Below are positions 8,018 through 12,323 of a DNA stretch of 12,323 nucleotides, piece by piece. The position numbers and the translations under genes were made by a program. The DNA is taken from positions 1 to 12,323 of the forward strand of contig CALKEP010000043.1 of assembly GCA_938084645.1 (NCBI GenBank), read 5' to 3'. Every line of letters starts with the position of its first letter. Position 1 is the first letter of the stretch. Source of the DNA: an uncultured Phycisphaerales bacterium. Its GTDB lineage: Bacteria > Planctomycetota > Phycisphaerae > Phycisphaerales > SM1A02. The notes below the pieces were generated by a model that saw nothing but the letters and a program-made list of their open reading frames with translations, had not been told where the DNA came from and did no database searches.

Positions 8018-9160
8018 TCAGACTTCGGATCCGGCGGGTTCGATGGTGCGATGGGGGTGGATCCGAATGCCCCCTCGCAGGACCGGAACGGCACCGGCCA
8101 GGCTCCAGGCGAATTCGATGCCGCGGTAGAGCAGAAGCATGCCCACGATCTGGTTCACCGAGACACCCCCGTCACCGACGAGAAGGCCGATGGCGGCGAG
8201 TTCCATCACGCCGACGCCCTGCCAGGTGATCGGGATCGCGGCCGCGAGGAAGATCAGCGGCATGGCGACCAGGATCACCGAGAGTTCGATCGGGGCGTCC
8301 AGTGATCGAGCACAACACCCGGCGACGAGGGCGAGCAGCGTCTGGACGAGCAGCGAGAGCAGCGTCGCCGACACCAGCGCTCCCGGATGTCCGAAGTACG
8401 CGGTCGCCGCCGCGATCACCCGGCTTGGCAGGCCCCGACCGAACCGGTCCAGACGTTGTGGCACCCTGATCCACCCACGGCCTGCGAACACGAACGTGAC
8501 TGCGACGACGGTGACGAGCAGGAGCATCGTCCATCCCGCCCACCGACCGAGTTCGGTTCCGGCCCCGACGCCTTCGGCCGCAAGGCCCGCGATGGCGGCG
8601 AGCAGGATGAGGCCGGTGATTCCGGTGATTCGATCGACCATCACGCTCATGACGGCCTCGATGCGCCGGCCGCTGCCGGCGGCGACACCCCACGCCTTCA
8701 CCACGTCACCGCCCTCGGTGCCGGGGAGCAGGAAATTGCAGAACGCGCCCGCCATCACGAGTCGGAGGGTCTTGAGCCAGTTCGCGCTGATGCCGCGGCA
8801 CCGCATGAGTGCCCACCACCGAGTCGTCTGGAGCGGATAGATGACACCGGCGATCGCAAGCCCCAGAAGCAGCCAGAAGGCGTCGGCATCACCGAGGACC
8901 GAGAGGAGTCCGGGTCTGATCCAGTCTGCCGGGACCGTCTCGGTGGTGCCGTCTTCGAAACGGGCCTGCACCCGGCCATCGTCGAGCGAGGTCGTCTCCA
9001 GCACGGCGAACTCGGTCGGGACGTCGACGATGCGTGCATCGGGGCCGGGTGATCCCGGAGGGATCACGACGACGGTTCGCCAATCGACCAGCAGGATGAC
9101 GGCGAGCACACCGATGGCGACCAGAAGCAGTCGAGCCGCGATGAGCAGGTGGCGTTTCAT
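8018..9160 (-). CDS. Lysylphosphatidylglycerol-synthase TM domain (YbhN/UPF0104) flippase-like membrane protein, 380 aa
   Basis: Family-type motifs RWWALM, GAFCNFLLPGTEGGDVVK, SVMVDRITG, AAIPITWQGVGVME and LLYRG. About 8 hydrophobic segments. No aminoacyl-transferase domain is attached. Confidence 0.88.
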   Translation of the reverse strand: MKRHLLIAARLLLVAIGVLAVILLVDWRTVVVIPPGSPGPDARIVDVPTEFAVLETTSLDDGRVQARFEDGTTETVPADWIRPGLLSVLGDADAFWLLLGLAIAGVIYPLQTTRWWALMRCRGISANWLKTLRLVMAGAFCNFLLPGTEGGDVVKAWGVAAGSGRRIEAVMSVMVDRITGITGLILLAAIAGLAAEGVGAGTELGRWAGWTMLLLVTVVAVTFVFAGRGWIRVPQRLDRFGRGLPSRVIAAATAYFGHPGALVSATLLSLLVQTLLALVAGCCARSLDAPIELSVILVAMPLIFLAAAIPITWQGVGVMELAAIGLLVGDGGVSVNQIVGMLLLYRGIEFAWSLAGAVPVLRGGIRIHPHRTIEPAGSEV

Positions 9161-9197
9161 GAAATTCGCGCGACCGATCGAGTCGACGGAGTGAACG

Positions 9198-10262
9198 TCA
9201 CTCGGGGAGGAGCACGACGTCGGCCGGATCGATCGCGAGTTCGATCGTCTCGCCCTTCGAACGATCGGTTCGAGGGTGGAGTTCCAGCACCTTCAGCATC
9301 GATTCCGAGGTGGTTGCCACTTCCAGCTGCGCCGTTTCGCCGAGAAACATCGACCGCTGAAGCGTCGTGGAGACGGGGTTCCAACCCTCGGCCGGTGGTC
9401 CCAGTCGGAACGCCTCGGGTCGCAGCGACACCGAGATCTCATCACCCACGCTCGCCTTTTCGAGGCTGCGGGCCGACCGCAGGCGACCCAGTGGCGTGGC
9501 GACGACGGTGGTGTCGCCCTCGATCGACTCGATGGTGCCTTCCACGAAATTCGTTTCGCCGAGAAAACTCGCGGTGAACCTGGACTTCGGCGCGTCGTAG
9601 AGTTTGCGGGGGGGGCCGGCCTGGACGAGAAGCCCGTCGCGAAGCACGGCCATCTGATCCGCGAGCGACAAGGCCTCTTCCTGATCGTGGGTCACGTAGA
9701 TCGTCGTGATCTGCGCGTCGTCCACGATGCGACGGATCTCGTGTCGCATCTCGAGGCGAAGCTTCGCATCGAGATTCGAGAGCGGTTCATCGAGCAGGAG
9801 CACGCTGGGCCGGAATGCGAGTGCCCGGGCGAGGGCGACCCGCTGCTGTTGTCCACCGGAGAGCTGCGTCGGCTTGCGATCCGCATATCCGGTCATCTGA
9901 ACCAGTTCGAGCGCTTCGCCCACTCGACGCTGGAGATCGGCGTTCGGGAGCTTCCGGACCCGCAGTCCGAAGGCGACATTCTCGAAGACGGAGAGGTGCG
10001 GCCAGAGTGCGTAGCCCTGGAAGACCATTCCCGCATCCCGTTTCTCGGGCGGCAGTCGGGTGACGTCCCGGTCTCCGAAACGGATCATGCCCGCATTCGG
10101 TCGCTCGAATCCGGCGATCATTCGAAGCAGCGTCGTCTTGCCGCAGCCCGATGGTCCGAGGAGGAAGAAGAGTGAGCCGGCTTCGATCCAGAGATCGACG
10201 CCGGCGACCGCGACGGTCGACCCGAACTTCTTGACGAGATTGACGATGGAAACGCCGGTCAT
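9198..10262 (-). CDS. ABC transporter ATP-binding protein, PotA/FbpC-like, with probable C-terminal TOBE domain, 354 aa
   Basis: Walker A LLGPSGCGKTT, Q-loop MVFQGYALWPH, signature LSGGQQQRVALARAL, Walker B LLLDEPLSNLD, H-loop YVTHDQEEA, and a beta-rich C-terminus (VSLRPE). The substrate cannot be determined from this sequence. Confidence 0.95.
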   Translation of the reverse strand: MTGVSIVNLVKKFGSTVAVAGVDLWIEAGSLFFLLGPSGCGKTTLLRMIAGFERPNAGMIRFGDRDVTRLPPEKRDAGMVFQGYALWPHLSVFENVAFGLRVRKLPNADLQRRVGEALELVQMTGYADRKPTQLSGGQQQRVALARALAFRPSVLLLDEPLSNLDAKLRLEMRHEIRRIVDDAQITTIYVTHDQEEALSLADQMAVLRDGLLVQAGPPRKLYDAPKSRFTASFLGETNFVEGTIESIEGDTTVVATPLGRLRSARSLEKASVGDEISVSLRPEAFRLGPPAEGWNPVSTTLQRSMFLGETAQLEVATTSESMLKVLELHPRTDRSKGETIELAIDPADVVLLPE

Positions 10263-10416
10263 GATTGCCGGGAGAGTAGCGGACCCATCACGCCGCCGCC
10301 GATCTGTCGCTTGGCTTGCCGAATCTGGAGTCGTTCTGGGTCATCGGTGGACGGCGAATCTTGCGACGATGCCGTCCGATCGGTCGATTATGCTCTTCAG
10401 CGGAATCAAGGATCAC

Positions 10417-10827
10417 ATGGATCACACCAGCCCCGCCATGCACGTCGGAAACGACGCTCGGAAGCAGGGCTCCGCCTTCGCGGAGTCCTCGATCGAGCAG
10501 TTGCGACGTCACCGGTGTCGTCCGGAACGGAATCTCGAGATCGGTGGCATGGTCGATCAGTTCCGTCGAGAGGCCAGCCGGGCTCGCCGGGGTGCCGGGA
10601 GCTTTCTCGACGCCTGGGAAGCGGTGGTTCCGTCGGAAATCGCCGCGACGACCCGGGTTCGAGGGATTCGCGGTGGCGTCGCCCGGGTCGGGGTTCTTGA
10701 TGCGGCGACCAGCTACGACCTCGATCAGCGTCTTCGGAACGGGCTGCTCGCGGAGTTGAGACTGGCCTTTCAGGCTCCGTTGCGACGCGTGAAGCTCGAA
10801 ATCGACGGTTCCTTGAGTCGGGATTGA
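10417..10827 (+). CDS. dciA: DUF721 / DciA-family protein (putative replicative helicase loader), about 136 aa
   Basis: C-terminal part FLDAWEAVVPSEIAATTRVRGIRGGVARVGVLDAATSYDLDQRLRNGLLAEL...LRRVKL fits the DUF721 pattern. The start is uncertain: ATG 10417 has AAGGA just upstream and TATGCT at 10389-10394; other in-frame ATGs are 10369, 10390 and 10438. Confidence 0.72.
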   Translation: MDHTSPAMHVGNDARKQGSAFAESSIEQLRRHRCRPERNLEIGGMVDQFRREASRARRGAGSFLDAWEAVVPSEIAATTRVRGIRGGVARVGVLDAATSYDLDQRLRNGLLAELRLAFQAPLRRVKLEIDGSLSRD

Positions 10828-10888
10828 TCGTTCCGCTCGATCGCACACCGACCCTGATCCGGCTCGGGCCGCCAGCGATTTCGAGGAC

Positions 10889-11308
10889 TCAGGCGTCCCT
10901 GGCCACGGATCCTTCTATATGGGAGCGCATCGCCTCCAGGGTCTCATCACTGACATGGTGCTCCATGCCCTCTGCGTCGCGTTCGGCGATCGAAGCCGTC
11001 ACCCCGAGTCGTTTCAGAAACGCCACCACGATCTCGTGGCGGTCTCGACTTGCCCGAGCCATCCGCCGCCCCTCCTCGCTCAGGCCGACTGGCCCGTAGG
11101 GGGTTCGAGTCACCAGGCCGCCGTCCGCAAGTCGATTCAGAATCCGGGTGACCGTGACGTGGCTGACCTGCATCCGACGGGCGAGATCCTTGACCCGGCA
11201 CACTCCATGTTCGATTTCGATGTCCTCGATCGCCTCGACGTAGTCCTCGGCGGTCTCGTCGGCGTGATCCCGGCGGGTCTTGGCGAAAGGATTGGGTCGC
11301 TCGCTCAT
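10889..11308 (-). CDS. mntR: Manganese-responsive transcriptional regulator MntR (DtxR family, short E. coli-like type), 139 aa
   Basis: FAKTRRDHADETAEDYVEAI, HTH RVKDLARRMQVSHVTVTRIL, PYGPVGLS, RHEIVVAFL and metal-site motif DAEGMEHHVSDETL. No C-terminal FeoA/SH3 domain. Divergent from a TroA-family gene. Confidence 0.93.
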   Translation of the reverse strand: MSERPNPFAKTRRDHADETAEDYVEAIEDIEIEHGVCRVKDLARRMQVSHVTVTRILNRLADGGLVTRTPYGPVGLSEEGRRMARASRDRHEIVVAFLKRLGVTASIAERDAEGMEHHVSDETLEAMRSHIEGSVARDA

Positions 11309-11360
11309 CTGGTGCTCGGGGAGAGGTACGGAGATTCCGAGATTGCCAAGAGGGCACCCC

Positions 11361-11389
11361 TTGACTCGCGGACCCGCGGATTGTAGCCT
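11361..11389 (+). promoter_or_regulatory. Sigma70-type promoter for the troA/mntA-like gene
   Basis: TTGACT (11361-11366), exactly 17 nt, then TAGCCT (11384-11389). Confidence 0.7.
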
Positions 11390-11408
11390 GTGTTACACAT
11401 TGTAGCAA
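11380..11408 (-). promoter_or_regulatory. Sigma70-type promoter for mntR
   Basis: Minus strand TTGCTA (11408-11403), CAATGTGTAACACAGGC (17 nt), then TACAAT (11385-11380). Confidence 0.7.
11381..11398. promoter_or_regulatory. Putative MntR operator 1 (imperfect palindrome)
   Basis: TTGTAGC-CTGT-GTTACAC, two mismatches from operator 2 in the right arm. It overlaps both -10 elements. Confidence 0.7.
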
Positions 11409-11417
11409 TGGCTACAA
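11400..11417. promoter_or_regulatory. Putative MntR operator 2 (perfect palindrome)
   Basis: TTGTAGC-AATG-GCTACAA, a 7-4-7 inverted repeat sharing the TAGC-N4-GCTA core of enterobacterial MntR boxes. It lies between mntR and a metal ABC binding-protein gene. Confidence 0.85.
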
Positions 11418-11507
11418 ATCGGGCCATCGAGAGCATCGGCTCAGTGGATCGAGATTCCTTGCTCCAGGCCGTTGGGAAAGCGCAGCATCCTCGTGAAACC
11501 GTCCGCC

Positions 11508-12323
11508 ATGATCTCCAGAACCTTCGCCCTGGCTTCGCTGGGACTCGCGATGGCAGTCCATCAAGGCTGTGAGGATCCGGTGACCGCGACCGCTTCCGAA
11601 GCCCGCATCGGCAGTTCCGGGTCGGGACCCGTGGTGGTGGCCACGACGGGGATGATCGGGGATCTGGTCCGTGGCGTGGTCGGTGATCGGGGTGACGTGG
11701 TCGTCCTGATGGGGGAGGGCGTCGATCCCCACCTCTTCGCGCCGACCGCCTCCGACGTTCGACGTCTGCTCGCCGCCGACGTGGTGTTCCACAACGGGCT
11801 CATGCTTGAGGGGCGGATGGGGACCGTGTTGTCGAACGACAGTGGTCCGATCGAACGGTCGATCGCGGTCGCCGAGGTGATTCCGGAAGCGTCGCTCCTC
11901 CATCCGGATGATGCGGCGAACCATGCAGACCCTCATGTCTGGATGGACGTGACGGCGTGGTCCGCGACGATCGAACCGATCGTTCGCGCACTGTGTGATC
12001 TTGATCCCGGCGGATGCGAGGGCTTCAAAGCGAACGGACGCATGCTGCGGGACGAACTCGCGCGACTTGATCGATATGCCACCACCGTGATGGACTCGAT
12101 CCCATCGGACCAGCGTGTACTCGTGACCGCACACGACGCCTTCGGCTACTTCGGCCGGGCGTATGGCGTGGAGGTGCATGGCATCCAGGGACTTTCCACG
12201 GAAAGCGAGGCCGGGCTCGCGGATATGAATCGACTGGTCCGGATGCTGGCAGATCGGGGAATCCCGGCGGTCTTCGTGGAATCGAGCGTCTCCGAGAAGA
12301 ACGTGATGGCCCTCGTGGAGGGG
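11508..12323 (+). CDS. troA: TroA/MntA-family Mn/Zn/Fe ABC transporter substrate-binding protein, probable lipoprotein; 3' end outside the window
   Basis: Not in the ORF track because there is no stop in the window. Hand translation: MISRTFALASLGLAMAVHQGC...VVVATTGMIGDLV...LMGEGVDPHLFAPTASD...FHNGLMLEGRM...DPHVWMDV...RVLVTAHDAFGYFGRAYG.EVHGIQGLSTESEAG...AVFVESSV. Three His ligands (DPH, DPH, TAH) are visible. Alternative start GTG 11493. Confidence 0.93.
   Translation, partial: MISRTFALASLGLAMAVHQGCEDPVTATASEARIGSSGSGPVVVATTGMIGDLVRGVVGDRGDVVVLMGEGVDPHLFAPTASDVRRLLAADVVFHNGLMLEGRMGTVLSNDSGPIERSIAVAEVIPEASLLHPDDAANHADPHVWMDVTAWSATIEPIVRALCDLDPGGCEGFKANGRMLRDELARLDRYATTVMDSIPSDQRVLVTAHDAFGYFGRAYGVEVHGIQGLSTESEAGLADMNRLVRMLADRGIPAVFVESSVSEKNVMALVEG

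Noticed and set aside
2318..8857. Six GCGATCGC (HIP1-like) octamers at 2318, 2525, 3487, 4614, 6074 and 8850
   Set aside because: All six encode Ala-Ile-Ala (GCG ATC GCN) in the real reading frames, so codon preference explains them.
9157..9384. 75-aa ORF whose stop overlaps the flippase-like gene start
   Set aside because: It lies mostly within the ABC ATPase gene in another frame and has no protein-like features.
9608..9615. G8 homopolymer in the ABC ATPase gene as a phase-variation tract
   Set aside because: The frame is intact (Gly-Pro-Pro-Arg), 8 nt is short, and such a run is plausible by chance at this GC content.
10828..10888. Bidirectional terminator between the convergent dciA-like gene and mntR
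   Set aside because: Only a 4-bp stem (CGGC-TCGG-GCCG) is present, with no U-tract on either strand.
11390..11572. Small ORF in the troA leader as an MntS-like peptide
   Set aside because: Its start codons lie inside the operators with no SD, it overlaps troA out of frame, and I see no similarity to MntS. No yybP-ykoY riboswitch features were recognised either.

Overview
High-GC bacterial window, almost fully coding. Its core is an intact L-Ara4N lipid A modification operon, arnB-arnC-arnA-arnD-arnT (minus strand, 7961->1183), chained by four ATGA stop/start overlaps. Gene order and motifs are enterobacterial/Pseudomonas-like, but arnE/arnF are absent. Upstream on the same strand lie an LPG_synthase_TM (YbhN/UPF0104) flippase-like gene and an orphan PotA/FbpC-type ABC ATPase. 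Downstream of arnT, and missing from the ORF track, is a putatively exported three-domain protein (FAS1 + unrecognised helical domain + CIA30) that runs off the left edge. The right end holds a DUF721/DciA-like gene and an E. coli-type mntR divergent from a TroA/MntA metal-binding protein gene that runs off the right edge. Between those two, overlapping sigma70-type promoters are covered by a tandem pair of TAGC-N4-GCTA-type operators. No RNA genes, mobile elements or CRISPR arrays were seen. All family calls come from motif recognition by eye; no searches were run.
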